This document shows, in pieces, positions 18,384-27,289 of a stretch of DNA of 64,000 nt (positions within the stretch are counted from its first letter, which is position 1; each line of letters opens with the position of its first letter). Position numbers and translations under genes: made by a program. The DNA comes from an uncultured bacterium (GTDB taxonomy: Bacteria; Patescibacteriota; Minisyncoccia; Phycocordibacterales; PALSA-1337), in assembly GCA_963848635.1 (NCBI GenBank), contig CAWKEA010000005.1, forward strand, positions 257,526 to 321,525. Reading direction: 5' to 3'. A model generated the notes under the pieces. It saw nothing but the letters and a program-made list of their open reading frames with translations. It had not been told where the DNA came from and searched no databases.

Positions 18384-18902
18384 ATGTCTACTAAAATCAC
18401 AAAAACAAAGAAAAAAGAGGCCTCGATCGATGACGGATTTTCTACAAAAGCCGATGTCAAAGAGATCGTTAGAAATGCCATCAACGAACTGACAATGATT
18501 ATCGGGGATTCTTTTGGAAAGATGGAGAAATCGATGAATGCTCGATTCGATGAAGCTGATGAGAGATTTGACGAAATGGATTCGAAGTTCAAACTGATTG
18601 ACGAGAGGTTCGATCGGATCGATGAGAAGTTCGTTCTGATTGATGAGAAGTTCGTTCTGATTGATGAGAGATTCGAGCGGATCGATGAGAGATTCGAGCG
18701 GATCGATGAGAAGTTCGTTCTGATTGACGAGAGATTCGACGAGATAGATAGACGGTTCGAAGAAGTCGACTTGAAATTCGACGGTGTAACAAATCGAATC
18801 CAGGGGCTTTGGAATGCTTTTGATTCTCACACCCTCGACTGTGTCAAACGCGACGAGCACGATAGATTAGAAAAGAGAGTGCGGGTATTGGAAACAGCTT
18901 AA
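18384..18902 (+). CDS. coiled-coil protein built from 11 tandem heptads (DE[KR]FxxI), N-terminus resembling RecA N-terminus
   Basis: Protein is ...DERFDEM DSKFKLI DERFDRI DEKFVLI DEKFVLI DERFERI DERFERI DEKFVLI DERFDEI DRRFEEV DLKFDGV... The DNA at 18558-18788 is 11 consecutive 21-bp units, several identical (gatgagaagttcgttctgatt). The N-terminus MSTKITKTKKKEASIDDGF parallels the RecA N-terminus [18 protein letters not shown]. Confidence 0.6.
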   Translation: MSTKITKTKKKEASIDDGFSTKADVKEIVRNAINELTMIIGDSFGKMEKSMNARFDEADERFDEMDSKFKLIDERFDRIDEKFVLIDEKFVLIDERFERIDERFERIDEKFVLIDERFDEIDRRFEEVDLKFDGVTNRIQGLWNAFDSHTLDCVKRDEHDRLEKRVRVLETA

Positions 18903-18930
18903 ATTACAAATTTATATTTAAAATAAAATC

Positions 18931-20034
18931 ATGTCAAAGAAAATCAAGGAAACAAAGGAAAAATCAGCCTCGATCGAAAGCCATCGCGACCCGACCGACA
19001 ATATAAGGGAGACCCTGAATGCTATCCGCGGAAAATTCGGCGATGACGCCATCATGAAGCTCGGCGACAAGCCGCATGTCAATGTTGACGCCATCTCGAC
19101 TGGCTCCATAGGCCTTGATGCCGCTCTTGGCGTGGGTGGAATGCCGCGCGGACGCATCATTGAGGTATTTGGCCCGGAATCATCCGGAAAGACCACCCTT
19201 ACCCTGCATGTGATTGCAGAGGCTCAAAAGAAGGGCGGCATTTGCGCGTTTATCGACGCAGAGCATGCCATGGACCCGGAATATGCGGCCAGGCTTGGCG
19301 TCAAAACAGATGAATTGCTCATTTCCCAACCAGATACAGGCGAACAGGCTCTCGAGATCGTCGATTCGCTCGTCCGTTCCGGCAAGCTCGACGTCATCGT
19401 CATAGACTCGGTGGCCGCTCTCACGCCAAAAGACGAGATCGAGGGCGACATGGGAGCGTATCACGTCGGCAAGCAGGCCCGCCTCATGTCTCAGGCATTG
19501 CGCAAGCTCACCGCCATAGTGGCCAGGTCAAAGACGATCGTCATATTCATCAACCAGATCCGCATGCAGATAGGCGTCATGTTCGGCAATCCCGAGACGA
19601 CGCCTGGCGGCAAAGCGCTCAAGTTCTATACGTCTGTGCGTCTCGATATACGCCGCATAGCACAGATAAAGAAAGGCGACGAGGTCATGGGCGGACGCGT
19701 CAGGGTCAAGGTAGTCAAGAACAAAGTCGCCGCTCCCTTCCGTCAAACAGAATTCGATCTCATGTATAACGAAGGCATCTCAAAGGAGGGCGAGATCATT
19801 GCTCTTGGCGAAAAGATGGAGATATTGGCAAAATCTGGCAATTCGTATAAATATGGCGAGCTCACTCTCGGCCGCGGCTATGATGCTACCCGCCAGTTTT
19901 TAAAGGAAAACAAGGAAGTTCGAGAAGAATTACTGACAAAGATCCGTGCTCGATTGAATGAAGGCATCACTGTCGGAAAGAATGATGCGAATAGCAAATC
20001 AGGCGGAGAAAGCACGTCATCGAGCGAGGAATGA
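18931..20034 (+). CDS. recA: recombinase RecA
   Basis: [20 protein letters not shown] (Walker A), [78 protein letters not shown]. Confidence 0.95.
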   Translation: MSKKIKETKEKSASIESHRDPTDNIRETLNAIRGKFGDDAIMKLGDKPHVNVDAISTGSIGLDAALGVGGMPRGRIIEVFGPESSGKTTLTLHVIAEAQKKGGICAFIDAEHAMDPEYAARLGVKTDELLISQPDTGEQALEIVDSLVRSGKLDVIVIDSVAALTPKDEIEGDMGAYHVGKQARLMSQALRKLTAIVARSKTIVIFINQIRMQIGVMFGNPETTPGGKALKFYTSVRLDIRRIAQIKKGDEVMGGRVRVKVVKNKVAAPFRQTEFDLMYNEGISKEGEIIALGEKMEILAKSGNSYKYGELTLGRGYDATRQFLKENKEVREELLTKIRARLNEGITVGKNDANSKSGGESTSSSEE

Positions 20035-20248
20035 TTCATCAAAACAATCTTGATGTGATATATACAGGATATACTGTTTTTATCGTGAAAAAACAAAAGA
20101 TATATTTAACAAAGAATCGTCTTGGCCTCGAAATCATCGATCCTGATCTCGCTGAAAGATTGGAAGATATCGCTCATGAAGGTTTATGAGCAAGCTTGCT
20201 TTTATGAATGTTAATTGATAGCTTGAGGTTAGAAAAAGAAAGGATACT

Positions 20249-20554
20249 ATGACAACAGAAAAGATTCTGCAAGTTACGGATGTGTATCGTGCCCGATTCG
20301 AAGCAGAAAAGATACCAAAACAAAGGATAGACCCTCGGAAATTCTTCGGCTGGCTGGAAATCTTTGGGTTCATCGTAGTGCCGAAAAAACGCCTTTTGGC
20401 CCATGCGCATTATTTGCTCGATGGCGTTGAACAATACGCTCGAGATCCTGAGAAAGTCGGCAAAACAGGAAGGCATCTCGGCTCGCTCCAGACTCTCTTG
20501 TGCACCGCCAAGTGGTATACGCTCGAAGAACTTATGGAACATAACCGGCCGTAA
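20249..20554 (+). CDS. hypothetical protein (101 aa)
   Basis: Plus-strand ORF with plausible composition. It overlaps a less protein-like minus ORF (20174..20587). Confidence 0.3.
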   Translation: MTTEKILQVTDVYRARFEAEKIPKQRIDPRKFFGWLEIFGFIVVPKKRLLAHAHYLLDGVEQYARDPEKVGKTGRHLGSLQTLLCTAKWYTLEELMEHNRP

Positions 20555-20679
20555 ATACCGACATAACCGCTGATAGAGACAACACAACCGCCTTGAAATA
20601 CGAGGCGGTTTTGCTTTTTATAGGAAAATCATATAGACTGCTTCAATTCCTCAATTATCAACTTCAATCATCAATTCCT

Positions 20680-21249
20680 ATGTCAATGCTTGAATACAGC
20701 GAGATAACCGAACACAAATACATCATCCTGGACGGCCAGCCCTACGAAGTGCTGACGTCGCACGTCTTTAGGAAGCAACAGAGAAAGCCGGTCAACGCGA
20801 CCAAGCTCAAGAACCTCGTCACAGGAAAAGTGACCGAGTATTCCTTTCACCAGTCAGAAAAAGCAGAAGAAGCAGAGATAGATTCTCGCGAATCGAAATT
20901 CCTGTATGCAAATCGCGGACAATATTGGTTCATCGACCCGACCGACCCGTCAAAACGCTGGAGCGTCAGCGATGAGATCGTCGGCCCTCGCGGCAAATAT
21001 CTGAAGCCGAATAGCATCCTCGAACAGCTCCTTTTTGGCGAGCAGAGCGTCGGCTTCAAATTTCCTATAACAGTCGACCTCAAGGTCACCGAAGCGCCGC
21101 CGAATGTCAAAGGAGACACAGCTACCGGCGGAAATAAAACCGTCACCCTCGAAACCGGCGCGACCGCCAACGTTCCCCTTTTCGTAACCGAAGGCGACGT
21201 CATCCGAGTGAACACTGAGACGGGAGAATATCGAGAAAGGGTCAAATAG
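20680..21249 (+). CDS. efp: elongation factor P
   Basis: C-terminal KVTEAPPNVKGDTATGGNKTVTLETGATANVPLFVTEGDVIRVNTETGEY matches EF-P ([27 protein letters not shown]...VPLFI.EGD.I.V.T.TGEY). Start chosen at MSMLEYSEITEHKYIILDGQPYEV (ATG 20680), not the upstream extension of the ORF-track entry. Confidence 0.85.
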   Translation: MSMLEYSEITEHKYIILDGQPYEVLTSHVFRKQQRKPVNATKLKNLVTGKVTEYSFHQSEKAEEAEIDSRESKFLYANRGQYWFIDPTDPSKRWSVSDEIVGPRGKYLKPNSILEQLLFGEQSVGFKFPITVDLKVTEAPPNVKGDTATGGNKTVTLETGATANVPLFVTEGDVIRVNTETGEYRERVK

Positions 21250-21259
21250 CTGATGATTC

Positions 21260-21290
21260 AAAAAAAGACCGGTCTCCCGGTCTTTTTTCT
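21260..21290. terminator. bidirectional terminator between efp and rpsR (GACCGG-TCTC-CCGGTC flanked by A7/T6)
   Basis: aaaaaaagaccggtctcccggtctttttt. Confidence 0.7.
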
Positions 21291-21303
21291 TCTTTGCTTG
21301 CTT

Positions 21304-21525
21304 TTATCTGACCACGTATGGCAATAAACCCATGAATCGCGAGCGTTTGACCGCGACTGCGAGCTGTCGCTGGCTCTTTGCTGATACGCCAGTGCGCTTG
21401 CGGGATATGAGGCGGCCATACGGATTGATGAATTTTTTGAGGATCTCTGTATCCTTGTAATCGATGAACCGTATATGGTTTTTAGTGAAGTAGCATTCTT
21501 TGTTCATGGTTTTGAGTAGATTCAA
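21304..21525 (-). CDS. rpsR: 30S ribosomal protein S18
   Basis: [50 protein letters not shown] matches the S18 signature. Confidence 0.9.
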   Translation of the reverse strand: MNLLKTMNKECYFTKNHIRFIDYKDTEILKKFINPYGRLISRKRTGVSAKSQRQLAVAVKRSRFMGLLPYVVR

Positions 21526-21627
21526 GATGTAAGATTTATGATTTGAGAAATATCGTTTCAGTATTCTTCTTGAATCTTAAATCATGAGTCTTGTGTCTTG
21601 ATTATTTGTTTCGGTTAATTGATTAAA

Positions 21628-22095
21628 TTAAAATGGTATATCGTCCGGATTTATCTCTTCTTCCGGATATTCTATCGTTTCGCTCGGCACTGGTGGATTA
21701 TCCGAAGAAGGGGCCGCTTCCGGCGCGCCAGCCTCGGTCTTTGCGCCTCCTGACAGAGGAGCGTTTCCCGCTCGCGGGCCGAATTGTATGCGATCGGCTA
21801 CGATCTCGGTTCGGTATTTCTTTTGACCGTCAGTGCCGTCCCACGATCGCGTCTGCATACGGCCCTCTATCAGAGCTGACGATCCCTTCTTCAGATATTG
21901 TGAGACCGTTTCAGCCTGTCGTCCGAAGACGACGACATTGTGATAATCGACTGCCTCTTGGCGAGCGCCTGCCTTGTCCTTCCAAATACGATTCGTGGCT
22001 ACAGAAAAACTGGCGACTTTTGAGCCGGATGGTATAGCGCGAAGCTCCGGATCGCGAGTAAGGTTCCCGTAGACGATGGCTTTATTGAGATACAT
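21628..22095 (-). CDS. ssb: single-stranded DNA-binding protein
   Basis: OB-fold N-terminus MYLNKAIVYGNLTRDPELRAIPSGSKVASFSVATNRIWKDKAG, and an acidic C-terminal tail ending DDIPF. Confidence 0.9.
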   Translation of the reverse strand: MYLNKAIVYGNLTRDPELRAIPSGSKVASFSVATNRIWKDKAGARQEAVDYHNVVVFGRQAETVSQYLKKGSSALIEGRMQTRSWDGTDGQKKYRTEIVADRIQFGPRAGNAPLSGGAKTEAGAPEAAPSSDNPPVPSETIEYPEEEINPDDIPF

Positions 22096-22123
22096 AGTGG
22101 TTGTTATGTTTAGTGTAGCGCTG

Positions 22124-22636
22124 TTAAGCTGCTTTGACTATCTCATCAAGTTTTTGATCTACTGCGGCTATTTCATCAACCGTCAAAGGCGCGACCGCGG
22201 GAGCCGCAGCCGGTTCAATGGCCGGTTCATCTACGACTGGTTTCAGCGGCTTTTCTTCTGATCTATTTTCCGATTTCGCCCTTTTGCCGAGATACGTCTT
22301 TTCTTTGACGGTAGCTACGGCCAACGTGCGCAAGATGCTCTGATTTTGATCGAAAGATTTTTTTATCTCTTCGATGGCAGATGGAGAGCAGGAAAACTTT
22401 ATCCAGCCGAAATATCCCTGGTCAAAGCGCTGATGGGCGCCGCCGCCGGTGCTCTTGTCCATTTCATAGGCAAGAGAAATGAGCGACGGAGATTCTTCGT
22501 CGATGACCTCAGCGGAATTCTTTGCCAAGAGGGCGGCAAACCCCGACGTCTGTTCGGCGACTTTTTCCTGTGGGATGGACGGGACGAGAAGATAACCGAT
22601 TTCGTAGACTTTTGAGTCAGATGTGGATTCGTTCAT
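22124..22636 (-). CDS. rpsF: 30S ribosomal protein S6 (with extended acidic/Ala-rich C-terminus)
   Basis: N-terminal YEIGYLLVPSIPQEKVAEQT...LISLAYEM fits S6. Classic rpsF-ssb-rpsR gene order. Confidence 0.85.
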   Translation of the reverse strand: MNESTSDSKVYEIGYLLVPSIPQEKVAEQTSGFAALLAKNSAEVIDEESPSLISLAYEMDKSTGGGAHQRFDQGYFGWIKFSCSPSAIEEIKKSFDQNQSILRTLAVATVKEKTYLGKRAKSENRSEEKPLKPVVDEPAIEPAAAPAVAPLTVDEIAAVDQKLDEIVKAA

Positions 22637-22980
22637 GGTATTCTCAAGTATGCGGCAATTCGTCTTTTGGACGAAGCATGATCGTGCTTGTTATTCACAA
22701 ATCAGGGCCTCACACGTATTAGCTGATAAAGAGTACTTTCTTCCGTCTTCGCTCGGACGTCATGTCCGCAAGCGGCCACGCCGCTCCTCACTAGCCGGAA
22801 TAGATCCGCCTGTCGCAGGTTTTCTGGCCTGTTTTGGCCATTTTAGCCGCGAGCAAAAAGCGTATGATGAGACTATCACAATGGCATCCCTTGCGCAAGA
22901 TGATGCGACATATAGTATAGCGGAGTGTTATTAAGAAAAGTTAAAATAATTATAAAGAAACCTTAATAAAATAAGGGCGG

Positions 22981-23805
22981 CTACAAAGAGAAAAACTTCC
23001 TCGTATTTTCAAGAAGAGCCGAGCGAACATTTTCATCGTCCTCGCCACGGATACGGGCGATCGCCTTGACCACCTCGATCACATTTGCCGGCTCGTTTCG
23101 CTTGCCGCGATGCGGAACTGGCGCCACATATGGACAATCGGTCTCGGACATGATCTGGTTGAGTGGGACTGCCTTGATGAACTCGTCATAGTCATGGGTA
23201 AAGGTAAGAACGCCGGTGAACGAGACTGCGCCGCCTGATCCAACGATTGTCTGCATATCTTCCATGCTTCCGGCAAAAAAATGAAAGTTGAACGGCACTT
23301 TGGCAGATTTCTTCAATATGCTCAGTGCGTCCTTGTAGGCATCACCAGCGACCGTGCCCGCGTCGCCTTTTCTTTTGCCATTCCTCACATGGAGCATGAG
23401 CGGCTTCCCTGCTTCGTTCGCAAGGGCGATATGTTTTTCGAATGCTTCTATCTGTGCTGGGATATCGGATTCTTGCGTATGAAAGTAATCGAGCCCGCAT
23501 TCTCCTATCGCGACGACTTTTGGGTGCAAGGCGAGACGGCGAAGCTCCTGGAAATCGCTTTCGTCCTGGTCGAGCCCGACATCTGCCGTTTTCACTTCTG
23601 TCGGATGAATGCCGACGGCTGCCCAGATATTCTCGTGAGTCTCGGTGAGCTCGATGGCCAATTTCGAGGTTTTGACATCGGTGCCGATCGTTATCATGCC
23701 GACGCCGGCTTTTTCAGCGCGAACGATTGTCTCCTCCCTGTCAGAATCATATTCAGGAAAGTTGATGTGGCCGTGGATGTCGATGTATCGGATTGCTTTT
23801 TTCAT
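22981..23805 (-). CDS. tatD: TatD-family metal-dependent hydrolase (DNase)
   Basis: YIDIHGHINFPEY...GECGLDY...LMLHVRN...FHFFAGS...SETDCPYVAP is the TatD signature set. Confidence 0.9.
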   Translation of the reverse strand: MKKAIRYIDIHGHINFPEYDSDREETIVRAEKAGVGMITIGTDVKTSKLAIELTETHENIWAAVGIHPTEVKTADVGLDQDESDFQELRRLALHPKVVAIGECGLDYFHTQESDIPAQIEAFEKHIALANEAGKPLMLHVRNGKRKGDAGTVAGDAYKDALSILKKSAKVPFNFHFFAGSMEDMQTIVGSGGAVSFTGVLTFTHDYDEFIKAVPLNQIMSETDCPYVAPVPHRGKRNEPANVIEVVKAIARIRGEDDENVRSALLENTRKFFSL

Positions 23806-23866
23806 TACTATAGTCTAACGTATTTACAGTAACAGGACGAATGGACTATCGAACAAAAGGAGAATT

Positions 23867-24178
23867 ATGTGGTTGTTGATCATTTTACTGGCGCTTGGCT
23901 TTGCAGTTCAAATATATGTCAGAGCTTATCTCGAATGCAAAGATTCTAAGCGAAGTTTACTCATCAAAAGATGGAAACTTGCTCGGGAAGAAAGAATCGA
24001 GTGGAGAGAGAGCTACGGATGGATGGATTTCAACCATCCTGAATACCAGAGGCTCTGGGAAATCGAGATTGGGGCTGAAGATTTATATCTCCTCTACAAC
24101 AAAGGAATAAGCTATGGGATCAGCTGGTCAGATTATTGCTTTGAGAAAAGACTAGCAGAACAAGAAACTGAAGAGTAG
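23867..24178 (+). CDS. hypothetical small membrane protein
   Basis: RBS aaaggag 8 nt upstream; an N-terminal TM (WLLIILLALGFAVQIYV); its own terminator at 24183-24215. Confidence 0.5.
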   Translation: MWLLIILLALGFAVQIYVRAYLECKDSKRSLLIKRWKLAREERIEWRESYGWMDFNHPEYQRLWEIEIGAEDLYLLYNKGISYGISWSDYCFEKRLAEQETEE

Positions 24179-24182
24179 AAAT

Positions 24183-24215
24183 CACGGCCGCCCTCGCAAG
24201 AGTGCGGCTTTTTTG
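24183..24215 (+). terminator. rho-independent terminator (GCCGC-N-GCGGC + T6)
   Basis: cacggccgccctcgcaagagtgcggcttttttg. Confidence 0.6.
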
Positions 24216-24300
24216 TGTTTGCAATATTGGATTCAATTTGAATCCAATATTTTCATGTGCAAAAATGATAGGGACCGTCTCGACCATTTGTATTCTAACC

Positions 24301-25824
24301 TTATTTCCTCATGAAAAGCGGCGCGTCCGGCATCTTGTTTTCCTTTACCAAAGAGATTATTTTTTCTGCAGTCTGCGGCAAAAATGGCTTCAGCATGGTG
24401 CCGATCATATCCAGACGCGCCAACAATTCCTGTATATCCTTTTTAGCTTCGGCCTTGTCGACTTTTATCTTTTTGAACGGCTCGCGCTCTTGGATGATCT
24501 TGTCGGTGGCCGCGATAAAGTCCCAGATCGCCTTTGAAGACCTTTGTAAGTCGTATGAGTCGAGGCCTGCCATCTGCTCTTTGTATGTCTTGTCCATCTC
24601 CTCCGAAGCGGCAATATCCTTGGCTATCTTTTCATCAAAGACGATGCCGTTCGACGTCGCCATTTTCATGACGCGCGAGACGAGGTTGCCAAGACCGTTA
24701 GCCAAACCTGCATTGTAGGCGTCTTTGAACTTTTCTGGCGTGAATGGGCTGTCTTCGAAAGGATGGAGCTCACGCAACGCAAAATAGCGCAAAGCATCGG
24801 TACCGTATTCTTTGACCAATTCGAATGGATCGACGGTATTGCCGAGGGATTTCGACATTTTGATGCCGCCATCGCCCGTGACGAAGCCGTCGATGACGAT
24901 GGTCTTTGAGGGAGGCAGGCCAGCCGCCATGAGCATTGACTGCCACATCGCGGATTGCTGGCGGAGATTGTCTTTGCCGCAATATTGGACGACGCCGCCG
25001 GAATCGATCCACCATTTTTTGAAGGAATTGTCATTTACCGCATTCCCGTCTTCACTTTTGAACTTTGAGTTTTGAGTTTTGAGTTTGTTATCCGGCCATC
25101 CAATGCACGAGACATAATTGACGAGAGCGTCAAACCACACATACATGACCTGATCGGGATCGCCGGGAACATCTATCCCCCACGACATCTTTGACTTGAG
25201 CCGCGATATGCTGAAATCCTCGAGGCCGCGACCGACAAAGGCTTTTATCTCATTGAAACGAAAATCAGGGATAACCAAAGAAGGATTTGACGTGTATAAG
25301 TCGAGGAGTCTCTGCTGGAACGCGCTGAATTTGAAAAAATAGTTCTCTTCTTTTATCATCTCGATCTCCTGTAGCGGATGGAGCGGGCAACGGCCGTCGA
25401 CGAGCTCTGAATCTGTCTTTTCGAGCTCACAGCCGACGCAATATTTTATCGAGTAGTTTTTCTTGTATATAAAGCCGTTCTTTTGGACGATGCGCCAAAA
25501 TTCCTGGGCGGCAAAGACGTGATATGCATCAGTCGTCCGAACGAAATTCGCGTCTGGAAGGACACCAAGCACAGACAGCAATTCCCGAAATTTCTTTGAC
25601 TTTTCATCGACATACGCCTGTGGCGTCAGATTCTGCGCCGCCGCAGTCTTGTCTATCTTTGCCCCATGCTCGTCGGTGCCGGTATTCAGAAAGACCTCAC
25701 AGCCAGCGAGCTTTTTAGCACGCGCGACGGCGTCGGCCCGGATGAGCTCGACGGCAAAGCCGACATGGGGATCGGCGTTCACGTACGGCAAGGTGGTTGT
25801 TATGTAGAATGGAGGTTTTTTCAT
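24301..25824 (-). CDS. metG: methionyl-tRNA synthetase
   Basis: Class I aaRS. TLPYVNADPHVGFA (HIGH-region variant), CVGCELEKT zinc knuckle, KMSKSLGN, and anticodon-binding helical C-terminus. Confidence 0.9.
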   Translation of the reverse strand: MKKPPFYITTTLPYVNADPHVGFAVELIRADAVARAKKLAGCEVFLNTGTDEHGAKIDKTAAAQNLTPQAYVDEKSKKFRELLSVLGVLPDANFVRTTDAYHVFAAQEFWRIVQKNGFIYKKNYSIKYCVGCELEKTDSELVDGRCPLHPLQEIEMIKEENYFFKFSAFQQRLLDLYTSNPSLVIPDFRFNEIKAFVGRGLEDFSISRLKSKMSWGIDVPGDPDQVMYVWFDALVNYVSCIGWPDNKLKTQNSKFKSEDGNAVNDNSFKKWWIDSGGVVQYCGKDNLRQQSAMWQSMLMAAGLPPSKTIVIDGFVTGDGGIKMSKSLGNTVDPFELVKEYGTDALRYFALRELHPFEDSPFTPEKFKDAYNAGLANGLGNLVSRVMKMATSNGIVFDEKIAKDIAASEEMDKTYKEQMAGLDSYDLQRSSKAIWDFIAATDKIIQEREPFKKIKVDKAEAKKDIQELLARLDMIGTMLKPFLPQTAEKIISLVKENKMPDAPLFMRK

Positions 25825-26867
25825 GAGCTCTTCATCGTCCCCTCCCCCAGATGCTTCTTTTTCTCGACATCGCCGACGAATTCCATGAAAGCGGCGGAAA
25901 GCGGCACAGCAAGAACGGCGCCGAGAACGCCTGCTAACTCAGCGCCGATGACAAGAGCGAGGATGACGATGATGGGAGATATGCCGACGATCTTGCGCAC
26001 GACGAGAGGATAGATGAGATTGCTCTCGAACTGGTAGATTATGACATAGAGCCCGAGGACGAGAAGGAGCTCAGTGACGCCGCTCGTGGCATACGCGGTG
26101 ATGAGGGCCGGTATCGATGACATGATCGGACCAAATACAGGGATGAGCTCGAACAAGGCGGCCAATGAGGCAAGGAGGAGCGCATGCGGGATGCCGAGGA
26201 TGAGAAGGCCGAGATACACGAGCACACCAATGATGGCGCAAAGGAGCAATTGGCCTTGGAGCCAGAGACCGATCTTCCTGCGGCTACGGCGCCAAAGGCC
26301 GACGATATATTCATGGCTCTTGACCGGAGTGACGATGCGCAAGAAATTAACGACGCCGTCCTCCTGGACCGAGAGATAGAACGAGAGTATGACAGTCAAA
26401 AGGAAAGAAAGGGCGCCGCCGAATATGACGGTAGCTGTGCGGAAAGCATTGCCGGTTGTGCCAGAGATATTGTTCTGCAAAGCGGCGGCGAGGTCATGGA
26501 GGGAAATTGACTGGCCGGAGAGCGGAATGAAGCTCTGAACCGAAGGCCACAGATCGCTGACGTTTATAGTGTCTGGAATGGTCGAGAGATAGCTGACTGC
26601 TTCATTCAAAAGCTGGGGCACAAAGAAGACGAGGAGCGCGGCAAAACAAAGGCCAATAACGATGTACATGGCGACGACGGCGGCGATCCGATGTATCCTA
26701 TGGCGGATGCACCACTGGGTAGCTGGCTCAAGAGCAGAGGCAATGATAATGGCGGCCGCTACCACAAGGACGATATCGCGCAGATACCAGAGCACATAGA
26801 CGAGGATAAGTATGAGTATCCCCTTAAAAATCGTGCCTGTCGAGATAGTGATAGTGCGGTCGTTCAT
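25821..26867 (-). CDS. AI-2E family transporter (PerM/YdiK-like permease)
   Basis: 348-aa polytopic membrane protein with the characteristic pattern ...FLLTVILSFYL...LLASLAALFELIPVFGPIMSSIPALI.... Overlaps metG start by 4 nt. Confidence 0.8.
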   Translation of the reverse strand: MNDRTITISTGTIFKGILILILVYVLWYLRDIVLVVAAAIIIASALEPATQWCIRHRIHRIAAVVAMYIVIGLCFAALLVFFVPQLLNEAVSYLSTIPDTINVSDLWPSVQSFIPLSGQSISLHDLAAALQNNISGTTGNAFRTATVIFGGALSFLLTVILSFYLSVQEDGVVNFLRIVTPVKSHEYIVGLWRRSRRKIGLWLQGQLLLCAIIGVLVYLGLLILGIPHALLLASLAALFELIPVFGPIMSSIPALITAYATSGVTELLLVLGLYVIIYQFESNLIYPLVVRKIVGISPIIVILALVIGAELAGVLGAVLAVPLSAAFMEFVGDVEKKKHLGEGTMKSS

Positions 26868-26965
26868 GGGGTTATGATAGCATAAAAACTGGTAGAGTCG
26901 AAAACTTGTAAAGGTAAATTTGTGAGATATAATCTGAATAGAAAACGATTCCGAACATTATTGAT

Positions 26966-27121
26966 ATGAAGAAAAAGAAAATTCAAGCAAGCTCAAGCAG
27001 CAACTTAGAGCCTTGCGCCCATTGCCAGATCAAGCCTCGGAAGCCAAAAAGAAAATTCAAGGAGTACCCTTTTTGTTCCAAAGGTTGCGAGCAAGCCGAA
27101 CATCGCTTTGATTGTGAGTAA
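26966..27121 (+). CDS. small TRASH/FCS-like zinc-ribbon protein (51 aa; not in ORF track)
   Basis: MKKKKIQASSSSNLEPCAHCQIKPRKPKRKFKEYPFCSKGCEQAEHRFDCE carries C-x2-C ... C-x3-C. Upstream promoter TTGTAA-N16-TATAAT (26918-26948); strong terminator follows. Confidence 0.45.
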   Translation: MKKKKIQASSSSNLEPCAHCQIKPRKPKRKFKEYPFCSKGCEQAEHRFDCE

Positions 27122-27135
27122 AATTGAAACATTGC

Positions 27136-27167
27136 AAAGACCGCCTCACTGGCGGTCTCTTTTTTAT
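27136..27167 (+). terminator. rho-independent terminator (AGACCGCC-tcac-tGGCGGTCT + T6)
   Basis: aaagaccgcctcactggcggtctctttttt. Confidence 0.8.
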
Positions 27168-27289
27168 AAAGCTAAAAAGTTGGCAACTTTCTTGTCAACT
27201 TTTTAAAGTAGCAGGAAGTAACATCTGTACACTTTTTCAAAAGCTTCCGCACATTTCTACCTACATACCAAATACTTATATACTTTCAT

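Noticed and set aside
18558-18788. Possible CRISPR array (regular 21-bp repeats)
   Set aside because: The repeats are contiguous with no spacers, lie inside an ORF, and encode a heptad coiled coil. This is a coding tandem repeat, not a CRISPR array.
20174-20587. 137-aa minus-strand ORF
   Set aside because: It overlaps the more protein-like plus ORF 20249..20554. It is Cys/Phe-rich with no motif.
22623-22934. 103-aa plus ORF upstream of rpsF
   Set aside because: Its composition is non-protein-like. The region is GC-hairpin-rich leader or intergenic DNA.
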